Part shown: positions 8,388-19,244 of the stretch, piece after piece
How the letters are laid out: each line of letters opens with the position of its first letter
Numbering within the stretch: the stretch's first letter is position 1
Source: an uncultured archaeon
Lineage (GTDB): Archaea > Thermoplasmatota > Poseidoniia > MGIII > CAYLMJ01
DNA length: 64,000 nucleotides
NCBI GenBank assembly: GCA_964384995.1
Contig: CAYLMJ010000008.1
Location: 1,158 to 65,157 of the forward strand
Direction: 5' to 3'
Made by a program: the position numbers and the translations under genes
Notes under the pieces: model-generated
The model's database searches: none
Told to the model about the DNA's origin: nothing
Seen by the model: the letters and a program-made list of their open reading frames with translations, nothing else

Positions 8388-8718
8388 TGGATGTCAGTCA
8401 GTTCCGTGGCACAGATCGGTGACGAACTCGGTGAGACTGGACCTCAATGGTAAATCATAAAATTCTTCCAACTTGAACGGACCCACGTTCGGTATGGGGC
8501 CCGTCACAAAACGGACTGGAACGTATGCTGGTCCCTACGGTGGTGCCACAGGAGGCCAATCTTCTTCAGATTTCTTGGCCTTGCGGAAGGATTCCTCATC
8601 GGGTTGATAGTGGAACATCAAACAAATCGTCGGCGGGTTCTTATTAAAGGCCTCTGCCCTGTTGTTTCACTTCACTCTGACGGATGTTTTCCTGCAAATG
8701 GCAGGCAGGCCCCCCCGG

Positions 8719-9672
8719 TTACTCCACAAGCTTTGCAAAATAGGGGATGGTGAGCTCAAGGCCCTCCTTCAGCGGCACCGTGGGCTCCCAGCCCAGTCGC
8801 TCTCTGGCCCTGGAGATATCCGGGCAACGGCGTACCGGGTCATCCTGGGGCAAGGGCTCGAACCTCAGCTCCGAACCGGACCCAGTCAGCTGGAGCACGT
8901 TCTCAGCCAGTTCCAGCATGGTGAACTCCACGGGATTGCCTATGTTCACCGGAAGGTGGGCCTCATCATCGGAGGGGCTCTCGAGAAGGGCGATCAGCCC
9001 CGCGATGAGGTCCGAGACGTAGCAGAAGGAGCGGGACTGCTCCCCGTCGCCGTAGATGGTCAGCGGCTCCCCGCGCAGGGCCTGGACGATGAAGTTGGAG
9101 ACCACCCGGCCGTCATCGAGGTCCATGAAGGGCCCGTAGGTGTTGAAGATGCGGGCCAGACGGATGTCCACCCCCTCCCGCTGATGGTAGGCCATGAAGA
9201 GGGCCTCGGCCACCCGCTTCCCCTCGTCGTAGCAGGCTCGCGGTCCGATGGGATTGACATTGCCCCAGTAGCCCTCGGTCTGGGGGTGGACCGCCGGGTC
9301 GCCGTAGACCTCCGAGGTGGAAGCCTGCAGGATGGGGAGGCCCAGGCGCCGGGCCATGCCCAGCACGTTGTAGATGGCCGTGGTCCCCATCTTCAGTGTC
9401 CGGATGGGATTGTACTGGTAGTGCACCGGTGAGGCCGGTGAGGCCAGATTGTAGATGGCCGCCAGGTCCTCGGGAAAGTAGGGGTCCACCAGGTCCCATT
9501 TGAGGAACTCGAAGCCCTCGCGGTTCTGCAACCGTTGAACATTGGACAGCTGACCCGTGGAGAGGTTGTCCAGGCAGAGCACCCGATGACCCCGGTCCAG
9601 CAGGGTCTCGCATAGATGGGTGCCCAGAAAGCCGGCCCCGCCGGTGACCAGGATCCTCTTCGCCTCAGTCAT
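8719..9672 (-). CDS. UDP-glucuronate decarboxylase (UDP-xylose synthase), SDR family
   Basis: Motifs: [40 protein letters not shown], and [14 protein letters not shown]. Confidence 0.85.
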   Translation of the reverse strand: MTEAKRILVTGGAGFLGTHLCETLLDRGHRVLCLDNLSTGQLSNVQRLQNREGFEFLKWDLVDPYFPEDLAAIYNLASPASPVHYQYNPIRTLKMGTTAIYNVLGMARRLGLPILQASTSEVYGDPAVHPQTEGYWGNVNPIGPRACYDEGKRVAEALFMAYHQREGVDIRLARIFNTYGPFMDLDDGRVVSNFIVQALRGEPLTIYGDGEQSRSFCYVSDLIAGLIALLESPSDDEAHLPVNIGNPVEFTMLELAENVLQLTGSGSELRFEPLPQDDPVRRCPDISRARERLGWEPTVPLKEGLELTIPYFAKLVE

Positions 9673-10558
9673 GTTCCAGTCCCTTCAGATATTCAGCATA
9701 ATCCTTGCCATACTTCGAATCCAGCGATAGCTGGGTGTGGGCCGCCAGCCAATCGGGGATGTTGCCGATGTCGTATCGCTGGCCGGTGTAGGTCAAGGCC
9801 AGCATATCATGGTCGTGCTGGGTGGCGCAGGCCGCCATGGCATCGGTGAGCTGGATCTCGCCCCCCACCCCAGGTCCGGTCTTGCGCAGTTCGTCGAAGA
9901 TGCACGAAGTGAACAGGTAGCGACCCAGGATCCCCAGGTCGGAGGGGGCCTTCTCCGGCGGTGGTTTCTCCACCATGCGGTCCACCTTCATCAGGCCGTC
10001 ACCGACGGGTGTTCCGCCCACGATGCCAAAGGAGGTGGTCTTCATGGGCGGCACCTTGAATACCGAGAAGATCGGCTTCCGGTGTTCCTTGAAGACCTCC
10101 ACCAGCCTGCCCGTGCAGGGCTTGGAATCGATGCAGATGGTGTCACCCAGCATCACGGCGAATGGTCTGTCCCCGATATGGCGGGCACCACACAGGACGG
10201 CGTCACCAAGCCCCTTTTGTTCCTTCTGGCGAATGTAATGGATGTCAGCCAGCTCGGCCACGGCCCGGACCCGCTCCAGCTCCCTGGTCCGTCCCGCCTT
10301 TTCCAGGGCCAGCTCCAGCTCCACCGAGCGATCGAAATGGTCCTCGATGGCCCGCTTGCCCCGACCGGTGACGATGAGGATGTCGGTGATGCCCGAGGCC
10401 ACCGCCTCCTCCACCACCCATTGGATGGTCGGCTTATCCACCACTGGCAGCATCTCCTTGGGCTGGGACTTGGTCAGGGGCAGGAAGCGAGTGCCAAAAC
10501 CGGCGGCCGGTATCAGAGCCACCAGGTCCAGATCAGAGCTTGGCTTCGAGGAGGCCAT
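9665..10558 (-). CDS. galU: UTP--glucose-1-phosphate uridylyltransferase
   Basis: Motifs: [49 protein letters not shown], and VEKP. Overlaps the downstream SDR gene start by 8 nt. Confidence 0.85.
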   Translation of the reverse strand: MASSKPSSDLDLVALIPAAGFGTRFLPLTKSQPKEMLPVVDKPTIQWVVEEAVASGITDILIVTGRGKRAIEDHFDRSVELELALEKAGRTRELERVRAVAELADIHYIRQKEQKGLGDAVLCGARHIGDRPFAVMLGDTICIDSKPCTGRLVEVFKEHRKPIFSVFKVPPMKTTSFGIVGGTPVGDGLMKVDRMVEKPPPEKAPSDLGILGRYLFTSCIFDELRKTGPGVGGEIQLTDAMAACATQHDHDMLALTYTGQRYDIGNIPDWLAAHTQLSLDSKYGKDYAEYLKGLEHD

Positions 10559-10712
10559 AGGGGCCAGGCAGGGTCAGGGCTTACAAAGGCTTTTTCGCCT
10601 CCTGGTGAACCGAGCCACGATAGTTCATCGCAATACCACTCCATGGAACGGCCCCATCGACCGGCCGGGCAACAGGGGGTCATTATATCATCGAGCGGAC
10701 TGGCCAGGGACC

Positions 10713-12050
10713 TTGCCCCCACCCGAACCCGACAGCCCCTATGCCAATCCCAACGTCCGCTGGCTCCTTGTCGGCGGCTTTTTTCTGGCCATAGCCATCT
10801 CCATCTTCTGGTTCTCTCCCACCTGGCTGGTCTACAGCCTGGGCGGTTCCAATACCGACCTGGGTCTGGTCATGGGTCCGGCCATCCTGCTGGCCATCGC
10901 CCTCTCCATCGTCGCCTCCCGCATCGCCGACCGCTACCGCACCGACCTCGTCCTCTGGCTGGGAAGCCTCCTGGCGTTGGTCGGGGGTCTGACCCTCTCC
11001 ACGGCCCATAGCCTGGAGATGATCTTCGTTGGCGTGGTGGTGGCCCAGACCGGCTTTCTCACCCTTAGGGCCTCGGCCACCGCCCTGCTCTCCAACTCCC
11101 TGCCGGCCGCCGCCCGCAACCGGGTCTTTGGCACCCAGTTCCTCCTCAACACCTCCGGCTGGGCCATCGCCAGTCTCATCCTCTTTGTCATCTACCAGGG
11201 CCAGGGAACCGACATCGAAGAGCTGGACAGCGATCTCATCCGACTCTCCCTGCTCGTCGGTGCGGCCTTTGCCATGGTGGGCGTCACCCTGAACTTCCTG
11301 GTCCGGGACCGGCAGACCCTCAGCGAGGAGGATGAAGGCAGTGTGGCCACCGACCATGACCGCAACAGGCCATCGGGCGATGAGCCCGGGAGCACCGGCT
11401 GGCAGGCCCTCAGGGAACGTTTCGCTCCAGGGGCTTTGCCCATCATCATGATCAGTCTGACGGCCCTGGTGATTATCGGTTTCGGGGCTGGCACCTCGGT
11501 CCCCTACTTTCCCCGCTTCTTCTTCGACATCTACGAGCTGGACCTGTCGGAGCTCAGCCTGGCCTTCGCCGCCCTCACCGTGGCCACCGCCATCTGGGGC
11601 AAGATGACCGCCAATCTCGCCGATCGTTTCGGCCGGGTGGAGGTCATCGTGGCCAATCAGGTCGTGGCGGTGCTGCTGCTCTACTCCCTGGCCGCCTATC
11701 CCCCTTTCTGGCTGGCCCTCTCCACCCTCCTGTTGCGCAACGCCCTGATGAACGGGGCCTGGCCGGTGCAGAACTCGTTGCAGATGGAGTACACCCCCCG
11801 CCGCTATCGCAGCCAGATCTCGGCCCTCTCCCAGAACTGCTTCCAGGTCACCTTCGCCGTGGGGCAGATCAACGGTGGCCTCATCATCGATGGTCCTGGA
11901 TTCCGCTACGCCTTCATCATCACCGCCTCCACCTACCTTGTGGCCACCATGCTCATCTGGCGGATCAAGGGCCTCATGGCCGCGGCCTCGAAGGCCCGGA
12001 TCCCTCCCACCAGGAAGGGCCCCTCCGTTCTGAACCTTGCATCCAAATGA
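10713..12050 (+). CDS. MFS-type transporter (start uncertain)
   Basis: About 12 hydrophobic segments. The listed ORF opens at 10242 but is antisense to galU up to 10558. There is no in-frame ATG before the first TM helix, so TTG at 10713 is proposed. Confidence 0.6.
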   Translation: MPPPEPDSPYANPNVRWLLVGGFFLAIAISIFWFSPTWLVYSLGGSNTDLGLVMGPAILLAIALSIVASRIADRYRTDLVLWLGSLLALVGGLTLSTAHSLEMIFVGVVVAQTGFLTLRASATALLSNSLPAAARNRVFGTQFLLNTSGWAIASLILFVIYQGQGTDIEELDSDLIRLSLLVGAAFAMVGVTLNFLVRDRQTLSEEDEGSVATDHDRNRPSGDEPGSTGWQALRERFAPGALPIIMISLTALVIIGFGAGTSVPYFPRFFFDIYELDLSELSLAFAALTVATAIWGKMTANLADRFGRVEVIVANQVVAVLLLYSLAAYPPFWLALSTLLLRNALMNGAWPVQNSLQMEYTPRRYRSQISALSQNCFQVTFAVGQINGGLIIDGPGFRYAFIITASTYLVATMLIWRIKGLMAAASKARIPPTRKGPSVLNLASK

Positions 12051-12102
12051 GAACAGGTTCAGGTTCAAATATCAGGACCCGCTCATCAGGTCCGGTGAAC
12101 TG

Positions 12103-12819
12103 ATGCCGGAGATATCCGACTTCGAGGGCTTCCCTGAGGAGGCCATCGAGTTCTTTGCCGATCTGGCGGTGAACAACAACCGCGAGTGGTACAACCCCCG
12201 CAAGGAGCAGTACCGGGAACTGGTGCTCAAACCGGCCCAGGCTTTCGTGGTGGCCCTTGGCGAGGGTCTCCAGGAGCTCTCCGAGGATATCCAGTACGAC
12301 CCCCGCACCAGCGGCTCGGGCTCCATCAAGCGCATCTATCGCGACACCCGGTTCGCCAAGGACAAGACCCCCTACAAGACCCACCTGGGGATCCATTTCT
12401 GGAAGGGGTCCCACGATCGCAAGATGGACAATCCCGGCTTCTTCTTCCACATGGGTCTTGACGGCTCGTGGCTCTACGGCGGTCACTATAGGTTACCCAA
12501 ACCCCTTCTCGCGGCCTACAGGCAGGCCATAGTCGATGAACGGCTGGGCACCGAGGTGGTATCCATCATGGAACGAATCCTGGCCCAGAAGGGTTTCGAG
12601 ACCGGAGGCGAGCATTACAAACGGGTCCCCCAGGGGATCGACAAGGAGCACCCCCGGGCCGATTACTTGCGCTACAACGGTCTCTGGGCCGCCTCCGATT
12701 GGATCTCAAAGGAGGCTCTGACCTCGCCCGAACTGGTGGAAGTGTGCCTGGACCATGCTCGGATCATGCTGCCTCTGATAGACTGGCTCAACCGGGTTGA
12801 CAGAACAGCCCAATGGTAG
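12103..12819 (+). CDS. DUF2461 (TIGR02453) family protein
   Basis: Motifs: FFADLAVNNNREWYNPRKEQY and RIYRDTRFAKDKTPYKTHLGIHF. Start taken at MPEISDF. Confidence 0.7.
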   Translation: MPEISDFEGFPEEAIEFFADLAVNNNREWYNPRKEQYRELVLKPAQAFVVALGEGLQELSEDIQYDPRTSGSGSIKRIYRDTRFAKDKTPYKTHLGIHFWKGSHDRKMDNPGFFFHMGLDGSWLYGGHYRLPKPLLAAYRQAIVDERLGTEVVSIMERILAQKGFETGGEHYKRVPQGIDKEHPRADYLRYNGLWAASDWISKEALTSPELVEVCLDHARIMLPLIDWLNRVDRTAQW

Positions 12820-12884
12820 AATGCCCGTACACCAGGATAGATCCCGGGTGAACCAATAAATAACCGGCCGGGGCCTTGCTGTCC

Positions 12885-13700
12885 ATGGGTCGCGGAATCG
12901 GGACCGAGCTTGCCGTGCTGACAATGACAGCCTGCCTGCTTGTTGCCTGCTCCCTGTCCGAACCTGCCCTGGCCCACAGTGGTGATGAGATAGAAGGGCC
13001 CAATGGTTCGACACCCACCATCGATGGGCGGCCTGGAGCCAGCGAATGGGAGGATGCAGGGTCAATGACCATCACCGTCGAGGGCGACGACTGCGACATC
13101 CACTTCAAGCATGACCGGGAGAGCTTCTACGTGGCCTTCGACATCGATCACGGTCACAGCACCAACGTGCCCGACACCCGGGTCTACCTGGACGTGGACC
13201 ACGACGCCACCGATGAGCCCGAGACCGAGGACTTCCAGCTCTACATCAATCCCGACAACGGCGGCCTGAGGGAGCGCCGGGGCGATGGTTCGGGAGGCTG
13301 GGAGGAGGCCGACATCGAGGACTGGGACGGCGACTGGGACGACGGCGAGTCCGACCGCTGGTCCACCGAGTACGACATCCTGGCCGCCAAGCTCGACGAC
13401 CCCGAGGGAGAGAACGTCAGCTTCGGTCTGGCCTTCCTGGTCTACGGCAACTACGGCGGCGTCACCCTCTGGCCCGACAGCGCCGACCCCGACGATCCAT
13501 CCACATGGGGCGACATCACCCTGGCCCAGTGGGAGGACCCGCCCGACCCCGACCCGGAACCGGACCCCCAGGGCAACAACACCGACACCAACCAGACCGG
13601 CAACCAGACCGAAGAGGACGATGAGGAGGGGATGTTGCCGGCTGTGGGCGCTCTTGGAACGGCCATCATCCTGGTAGCGGTGGGCCGAAGGTCCTCTTAG
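12885..13700 (+). CDS. Secreted acidic protein with lipobox-like signal peptide and C-terminal LPxxG-TM-RR anchor
   Basis: N-terminal signal LAVLTMTACLLVAC|S. Very acidic body. NxT-rich linker. C-terminal MLPAVGALGTAIILVAVGRRSS. Confidence 0.65.
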   Translation: MGRGIGTELAVLTMTACLLVACSLSEPALAHSGDEIEGPNGSTPTIDGRPGASEWEDAGSMTITVEGDDCDIHFKHDRESFYVAFDIDHGHSTNVPDTRVYLDVDHDATDEPETEDFQLYINPDNGGLRERRGDGSGGWEEADIEDWDGDWDDGESDRWSTEYDILAAKLDDPEGENVSFGLAFLVYGNYGGVTLWPDSADPDDPSTWGDITLAQWEDPPDPDPEPDPQGNNTDTNQTGNQTEEDDEEGMLPAVGALGTAIILVAVGRRSS

Positions 13701-13734
13701 TCCCGTTTTTATCATCCTCTCCCCTTGCCCCTCC

Positions 13735-14115
13735 ATGTCCCGGCCTCCCCTCGCCAAGGCCTCCCTGGCCTCCAAGTTCGACCGAATAGATGAGCCCTGG
13801 CAGCCCAGGATAATCGCCAGGGTCAACGACACCCACGTGAAGCTGGTCAAGTTCCACGGTTCATTCGTCTGGCATCATCACGACACAGAGGACGAGATGT
13901 TCCTGGTGGTGAAGGGCCGCATGTCCATGGAGCTGAAGGGACAGGACCCGGAGGCGATGGGCGAGGGGGATTTCATCAACGTGCCCGCCGGAGTGGAGCA
14001 CAGACCCGTGGTCCCTGAAGGCGAGGAGGCCCAGGTCATGATGATCGAACCGGCGACGACGGTCAACACCGGTTCCACCGGCGGCGACAGGACCACCGAG
14101 GCCAAGTGGATCTGA
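13735..14115 (+). CDS. Cupin-domain protein
   Basis: 126 aa. Two-motif cupin pattern: WHHHDTEDEMFLVVKG ... GDFINVPAGVEHRP. Confidence 0.75.
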   Translation: MSRPPLAKASLASKFDRIDEPWQPRIIARVNDTHVKLVKFHGSFVWHHHDTEDEMFLVVKGRMSMELKGQDPEAMGEGDFINVPAGVEHRPVVPEGEEAQVMMIEPATTVNTGSTGGDRTTEAKWI

Positions 14116-14934
14116 TCAACCACCCCTGGGCCACAGGTAACAACCCACCTCGCAGTGGGCCTCGAATCCCAGCTTCCTGTACATCTCGATGGCTTCGCTG
14201 GAGGAGTACAAGACCCCTGTCCGACAGCCCCGACGCCTTGCCTCCCTCAGGGCCGCCTGAGTGATGGCCGAACCGATACCCCGACGCTGATACACCTCCC
14301 GGGTCCCCACGTAGGTGAGGCCCGCAACCTCACCGCTGACAAAGAGGGTGGCGGTGGCCACCGGCTCACCATCCAATCGGGCCAGCAGATGCTGCAAGGG
14401 CCGCCCCTCATCCAGACCCCGGGAGGCCAGCAGTTCGAACCAGGCCTCGCCGGCCAGGTCCGGGAACTCGTAGAGGGGAATGACGAGGTCGCACCAGGTC
14501 CTGAGGGTCTCTGCATCACGAACCGGCTCTATGGAGAGACCATCGGGTCCCATCTCACCGGTTGGCACCTCGGCCAGGTCCATGGCCATTCCCAGACCCG
14601 TGAACCACATCTCAAAGCCGACCGCCTCCAGTTGGCTGGCCAGATCAGGGGGGCGGGTTGAGGGGCCGATCCACCAGCGCAGAGGTACCTTGCGCGATCT
14701 GCCAAGGTCAAGGACACCATCGATGGCTGGCTTCACCCTATCGGGTCCCAGGTCGGCGAGGAAGACGTTGTTGAACAGGGCGAACGGGATGTTCGAAATG
14801 GTCCATGTGTATTCGTCCCCCTCGATCCATTCCACCTCCGACCATTGGGCCCAATGCCTCCAGTTCTCGATGTGGTTGGTCTCGATGATACGGGACATTT
14901 CGTCGATGGTCCTTGAATGCGCGTTGCAGGCCAT
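14116..14934 (-). CDS. GNAT-family N-acetyltransferase
   Basis: C-terminal acetyl-CoA motif VYQRRGIGSAITQAALREARRRG ... EMYRKLGF. Alternative start at 14898. Confidence 0.7.
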   Translation of the reverse strand: MACNAHSRTIDEMSRIIETNHIENWRHWAQWSEVEWIEGDEYTWTISNIPFALFNNVFLADLGPDRVKPAIDGVLDLGRSRKVPLRWWIGPSTRPPDLASQLEAVGFEMWFTGLGMAMDLAEVPTGEMGPDGLSIEPVRDAETLRTWCDLVIPLYEFPDLAGEAWFELLASRGLDEGRPLQHLLARLDGEPVATATLFVSGEVAGLTYVGTREVYQRRGIGSAITQAALREARRRGCRTGVLYSSSEAIEMYRKLGFEAHCEVGCYLWPRGG

Positions 14935-14936
14935 GG

Positions 14937-15407
14937 CTACCAGTAGTCGTTGAACCGGTAGGTCAGGGTCTCTGCGTCGTCACGCACCTTGGAGGCCACA
15001 ACCTCACCCACCACCAGGAAATGGTCCCCTGCCGGGAACTCGTCCACCAGCCGACACTCCATCCAGACACTGGCCTCATTCAGCAGGGGCACACCCCGCT
15101 GGGCTCCAGGCTCCCAATCCACCTGGGCCATCTTGTCCATCTTGCGACCCGAGTTCAGGCCGAAAAGCCGCCCCAGCTCGATGCCCCGCTCACCCTCGGC
15201 CATTACGTTGAGGCCAAAGCTCCCGGCCTTGCGGATGAGCTCCAGAGTGTATCGGGCCGGCGCGATGGAGACCACCACCATGGGCGGCTTGTGGGAGGCC
15301 TGGGTGACCCATGCGGCCGTGAGACCGTTGTGACGCTCCCCTGCCGAGGCGGTGATGACGTAGATGCCCAGCTTGAGGCGGCGCAGGGCTGTGGTGGTGA
15401 CGCTCAT
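14937..15407 (-). CDS. Flavin reductase-like FMN-binding protein
   Basis: 156 aa. Motifs: GIYVITASAGERHNGLTAAWVTQASHKPPMVVVSI and HFLVVGEVV. Confidence 0.75.
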   Translation of the reverse strand: MSVTTTALRRLKLGIYVITASAGERHNGLTAAWVTQASHKPPMVVVSIAPARYTLELIRKAGSFGLNVMAEGERGIELGRLFGLNSGRKMDKMAQVDWEPGAQRGVPLLNEASVWMECRLVDEFPAGDHFLVVGEVVASKVRDDAETLTYRFNDYW

Positions 15408-15470
15408 GATGCTCTAGGCTTCAATGATCTGACTCTTAAGACCTTGATGGAGGTCCCGATGATTAGCGGT

Positions 15471-17924
15471 TCAGCTGGACTCGCGCAGTTTTGCGGCCGG
15501 GGGTGTGTAGCCCTTCAGGAGCAGGGAAAGGGTGACCACGGTGACCGAGCTCAGGGCCATGGCCAGGCCGGCCAGTTCCGGTTCGAAGGTGAAGCCGTAG
15601 AAGGGATGCAGGAGGCCCGCGGCCGCCGGGATCAGGGCGGTGTTGTAGGCAAAGGCCCAGAAGAGGTTCTGCTTGATGCGGCCCATGACCTTGGTGCTCA
15701 GCTGAACCGCCGCCACGGCATCCAGCAGGTCATCCTTCATCAGCACGATCTCCCCGCTCTCAACCGCCACATCGGTGCCACTGCCAAGGGCGATCCCCAC
15801 ATCGGCCTGGGCCAGGGCGGGAGCGTCGTTGATCCCATCTCCCACAAAGGCCACCACCTCACCCCGCTCCTGAAGCTCCCTCACCTTCAGGGCCTTGTCA
15901 CCAGGCAGGACCTGGGCCAACACCTCGTCGATGCCCACCTGAGCGGCGATGGCTTTGGCCGTGCCGGATGCGTCCCCGGTTATCATCACCACATTCAGTC
16001 CCATCTGCTTGAACTGGGAGATGGCCTCCTTGGTGGTGGGCTTGAGTGGGTCGGCGATGGACAGGATCCCCGCCGGCTTGCCCTCCAGGGCCATCAGGAC
16101 CGTGGTCTTGCCCTCCCCTTCCAGCCGGTCCAGGTTGGCCAGGATCCCATCATCGATCTCGATGTTCCGCTCCTCCATCAGGGCGCGATTCCCCATCAGG
16201 ACCGGTCTCTGCTCCACCAGGGCCCCAACACCCAGGCCGCCGAAGGTGTCGAACTCCCGACTTTCGGCTGGTTCTATCCCGGCCTGGCTGGCCTTTCGGA
16301 CCACCGCCTTGGCCAGGGGATGCTGGGAGTTCCGCTCCACGCTGGCCGCCATCCTCAACAACTCCTTCTCATCGAGTCCCAGGCAGATGACCTCGGTGAC
16401 CTCGGGCCGTCCCAGGGTCAGGGTGCCGGTCTTGTCGAAGACCACTGTGGTCAGCTTCCCCGGGCTCTCCAGAGCGTCGCCGCTCTTGATCAGGACCCCC
16501 AGTTCGGCCCCCCGGCCCAGGCCCACCGTGACCGCCGTGGGGGTGGCAAGGCCCAGGGCGCAGGGACAGGCCACCACCAGGATGGCGATGAGGGCTGTCA
16601 GGGCAAAGAGCAGGGTCTCGTCGAAGATCAGGTACCAGCCGATGAAGGTCAGAAGGGCAATGGTCAACACCGCCGGGATGAAGTATCTCACCGCCCTGTC
16701 GGCGATGCGCTGGATGGGAGGCTTGGAGCCCTGGGCCTGCTCCACCAGCCTGATTATCTGGGCCAGGACCGTATCCCTGCCCACTTTTGTGGCCTCGAAC
16801 CTCAGGACGCTGTTGGTGTTCAGGGTGCCTCCCACCACCGGGTCGCCCTCCTGCTTGAGCACCGGGATGGGCTCGCCGGATATCATCGACTCGTCCACGT
16901 AGCTCTCACCCGAGAGCACCACTCCATCCACCGGTACCTTCTGCCCGGGTTTGACCAGCAGCACATCCTTGGCCCTGACCTTGGCGATGGGTCTCTCCAC
17001 TTCCTTTCCGTCCACCACCACCAGGGCGGTCCGGGGCTGCAGGCCCATGAGCTTGGTGATGGCCTGGGAGGTCTTGCCCTTGGCCCGCTTCTCAAGGTAG
17101 CGACCCATGGTGAGGAAGGCCGCCAGCATCACCGAGGTCTCGTAGAACAGGAAGTCGCCGTCAAGGATGATATCGAAGGTACCCATCAGGCTGGCGAGGT
17201 AGGCGGTTCCGATGCCCATGGAGTACATGACATCCATGTTCAGGGTCCCGTTGCGCAGGGCCCGGAAGGCGGCCTGAAAGATGGGTTGACTGAGATAGGC
17301 GAAGGGCAGAAGGGTGACGGCCAGCATGAAATGGGCCATGGAGAGGTCAAAGGGCGGCATCACCTCCAGCTGCATCATGGCCATCAGCGGGAAGGCCACC
17401 GCGAATCCAAGTAACGTCCGCGCCATCAGCCCCTTCAAGGCTCTTGTCTGCAGGAGGGCCTCCTCGTCCGGGCCCGTCTCCTGGTCCTCGCCTTCAAGTC
17501 CCAGGTACTGGTAGCCGGCCTCCTCGATGGCCGACCGGAGATCAGCTGGTCCCATCTGGCTGGAGTTGTAGACCACATTGACCTTCTCGGCGGCCAGGTT
17601 GACCTTGGCCTCCATGACCCCTTCCAGACCGTTCAGGGCCTTCTCGATGGCACCCGAGCACATGACACAGGTCATGCCTCCCACCTTGACCGTGACCTGG
17701 TCCCTGATGACCTGGTAGCCCGCCTCCTGGACGGCCTCTTCAAGTTGCGTAGCCTCGACCTTGCCGGGTTCGAACTCCACCGTCGCCGTCTCGTTCCCCA
17801 GATTCACCTGGGCGGAATGAACACCGTCCACCCTTCGAAGGGCCTTCTCCACCGCGCCCACGCAGTTCACACAGGTCATGCCTGAGACTTTCAGCCGGAC
17901 TTCTTGTTTGGTATCGGAGGCCAT
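15471..17924 (-). CDS. copA: Copper-translocating P1B-type ATPase
   Basis: Two HMA domains ([15 protein letters not shown] and [15 protein letters not shown]). CPC motif ([11 protein letters not shown]). [17 protein letters not shown]. Start taken at MASDTK. Confidence 0.9.
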   Translation of the reverse strand: MASDTKQEVRLKVSGMTCVNCVGAVEKALRRVDGVHSAQVNLGNETATVEFEPGKVEATQLEEAVQEAGYQVIRDQVTVKVGGMTCVMCSGAIEKALNGLEGVMEAKVNLAAEKVNVVYNSSQMGPADLRSAIEEAGYQYLGLEGEDQETGPDEEALLQTRALKGLMARTLLGFAVAFPLMAMMQLEVMPPFDLSMAHFMLAVTLLPFAYLSQPIFQAAFRALRNGTLNMDVMYSMGIGTAYLASLMGTFDIILDGDFLFYETSVMLAAFLTMGRYLEKRAKGKTSQAITKLMGLQPRTALVVVDGKEVERPIAKVRAKDVLLVKPGQKVPVDGVVLSGESYVDESMISGEPIPVLKQEGDPVVGGTLNTNSVLRFEATKVGRDTVLAQIIRLVEQAQGSKPPIQRIADRAVRYFIPAVLTIALLTFIGWYLIFDETLLFALTALIAILVVACPCALGLATPTAVTVGLGRGAELGVLIKSGDALESPGKLTTVVFDKTGTLTLGRPEVTEVICLGLDEKELLRMAASVERNSQHPLAKAVVRKASQAGIEPAESREFDTFGGLGVGALVEQRPVLMGNRALMEERNIEIDDGILANLDRLEGEGKTTVLMALEGKPAGILSIADPLKPTTKEAISQFKQMGLNVVMITGDASGTAKAIAAQVGIDEVLAQVLPGDKALKVRELQERGEVVAFVGDGINDAPALAQADVGIALGSGTDVAVESGEIVLMKDDLLDAVAAVQLSTKVMGRIKQNLFWAFAYNTALIPAAAGLLHPFYGFTFEPELAGLAMALSSVTVVTLSLLLKGYTPPAAKLRESS

Positions 17925-18048
17925 CGGGCAACCATCGGGTGGGTTCACTTCATCGGTTCAAGGGTAAGAATCTTTGTGCGGATCATCAATGACTTGCGAT
18001 CATCCATTCTCCAGGTTATTCAGCCAAGGTCAGATGTGAACCTTGACC

Positions 18049-18906
18049 TCACGTCTCCAGGGGTTTGACCGCCTCGATGGTGGCCGATACCACATAGTCT
18101 GCCAGCGAGGTTCCCGGGGCCCATTCCTTCATCAGTTTGCCGCTGAACTCCTTGGGTGTTATCCGGATCTGGTGAAAACCGGCCTGGGCCAGCCAGCTCT
18201 CCTGGTTGGCGATGGTCTCGGCTCCCGCCACACAGCCGGTGAGCAGCTTCTCGTCGGCGCGCACCTCCGGCGGCAGTTCGGCGGTGGCCACGATATCGGA
18301 GATGGCCAGGCGGCCTCCCGGTCTCAGGACCCGAAAGGCATCCCGGTAAACGGCGGGCTTGTCGGGTGACAGGTTGACCACGCAGTTGGAGATGATGACA
18401 TCCACCTGACCGTCCTCCACCGGCATGCTCTCGATCTGACCCTTGCGAAATTCCACATTGTCAAAATCACCCTTGGCGGCGTTCTGGCGCGCCAGGTTCA
18501 GCATGTCATCGGTCATGTCCACGCCGATGACCTTGCCCGAGGCCCCTACCTTCCGGGCCGAGAGGAAGCAGTCGATGCCGGCCCCGCTACCAAGGTCCAG
18601 GACCGTCTCGCCCTCCTGAAGAGCGGCGATGGCCCCGGGATTCCCACAGCCGAGACCCAGGTTGGCCTCAGCAGGAATGGAATCCATAGTTTCGGCGTCG
18701 TATCCCAGGAGCTCATCCAGCCCCGGTCCACCGACCGCGGTGTCGCAGCATGAGGTCGGGGGTGTGGTGGGTCCGCAACACGATGGTTCGGCAGAAGGGG
18801 GGGTGCAGCAGCTCTCCGAATGAGCCTCTTGGGCCTGGGCCTCCTTGGCGGTCTGTCCGTATCTCTTCCTCACCAGCTCATGTACCTTGTCTTTGTCCAT
18901 GTTCAC
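18049..18906 (-). CDS. arsM: Arsenite S-adenosylmethionine methyltransferase
   Basis: Motifs: VRKRYGQTA, Cys-pair-rich N-terminus, LGCGNPGAIAALQEGETVLDLGSGAGIDCF, and VIISNCVVNLSPDK. Confidence 0.85.
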   Translation of the reverse strand: MNMDKDKVHELVRKRYGQTAKEAQAQEAHSESCCTPPSAEPSCCGPTTPPTSCCDTAVGGPGLDELLGYDAETMDSIPAEANLGLGCGNPGAIAALQEGETVLDLGSGAGIDCFLSARKVGASGKVIGVDMTDDMLNLARQNAAKGDFDNVEFRKGQIESMPVEDGQVDVIISNCVVNLSPDKPAVYRDAFRVLRPGGRLAISDIVATAELPPEVRADEKLLTGCVAGAETIANQESWLAQAGFHQIRITPKEFSGKLMKEWAPGTSLADYVVSATIEAVKPLET

Positions 18907-19244
18907 TCCTCGTGCGGATCATCGTACAGTTGAAAGAACCTGCTCAGCTTGATCAGAACATCCGGTTCCACCCAGCAGTCCACGTACTTGCCCTGCTTCT
19001 CCATCCGCAGCAGGCCCGCGATGCGCAACTCCTTTAGATGGTGGGACAGGGTCGAGGGCGCCACATCACAGCATCCGCTGATCTCGGAGACATGCCATGA
19101 AGCCTCATTCTGAGGTGATTCGCAACAAGGACCCGCGCTGCAGCACTGCTCCATCAATTGACGGAAGATGGTCAGGCGGTGGGGGTTGGAAAGGGCCTTG
19201 AACATGGCCGCGTAGTCTTCAACATCGTTTCGATGATTCGACAT
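18903..19244 (-). CDS. arsR: ArsR/SmtB-family metalloregulator
   Basis: Motifs: FKALSNPHRLTIFRQL and ISGCCDVAPSTLSHHLKELRIAGL (wHTH with Cys pair at the alpha-3 metal site). 4-nt overlap with arsM. Confidence 0.85.
   Translation of the reverse strand: MSNHRNDVEDYAAMFKALSNPHRLTIFRQLMEQCCSAGPCCESPQNEASWHVSEISGCCDVAPSTLSHHLKELRIAGLLRMEKQGKYVDCWVEPDVLIKLSRFFQLYDDPHEE

Noticed and set aside
9737-11011. 424-aa plus-strand ORF, and the N-terminal 470 nt of the 10242-12050 ORF
   Set aside because: They overlap galU on the opposite strand. Only the part downstream of about 10713 has membrane-protein character.
12051-12075. tRNA-like T-loop string (GGTTCAGGTTCAAATATC), and TTCGAATCC at about 9711
   Set aside because: No flanking acceptor, D or anticodon stems can be drawn. 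Both lie inside or at the edge of coding sequence. No tRNA gene was found anywhere in the window.
14913-17414. 833-aa plus-strand ORF
   Set aside because: It is antisense to copA, whose P-type ATPase motifs are unambiguous. Its translation is G/H/Q/L/P-rich with no motifs. This is a typical shadow ORF of GC-rich DNA.
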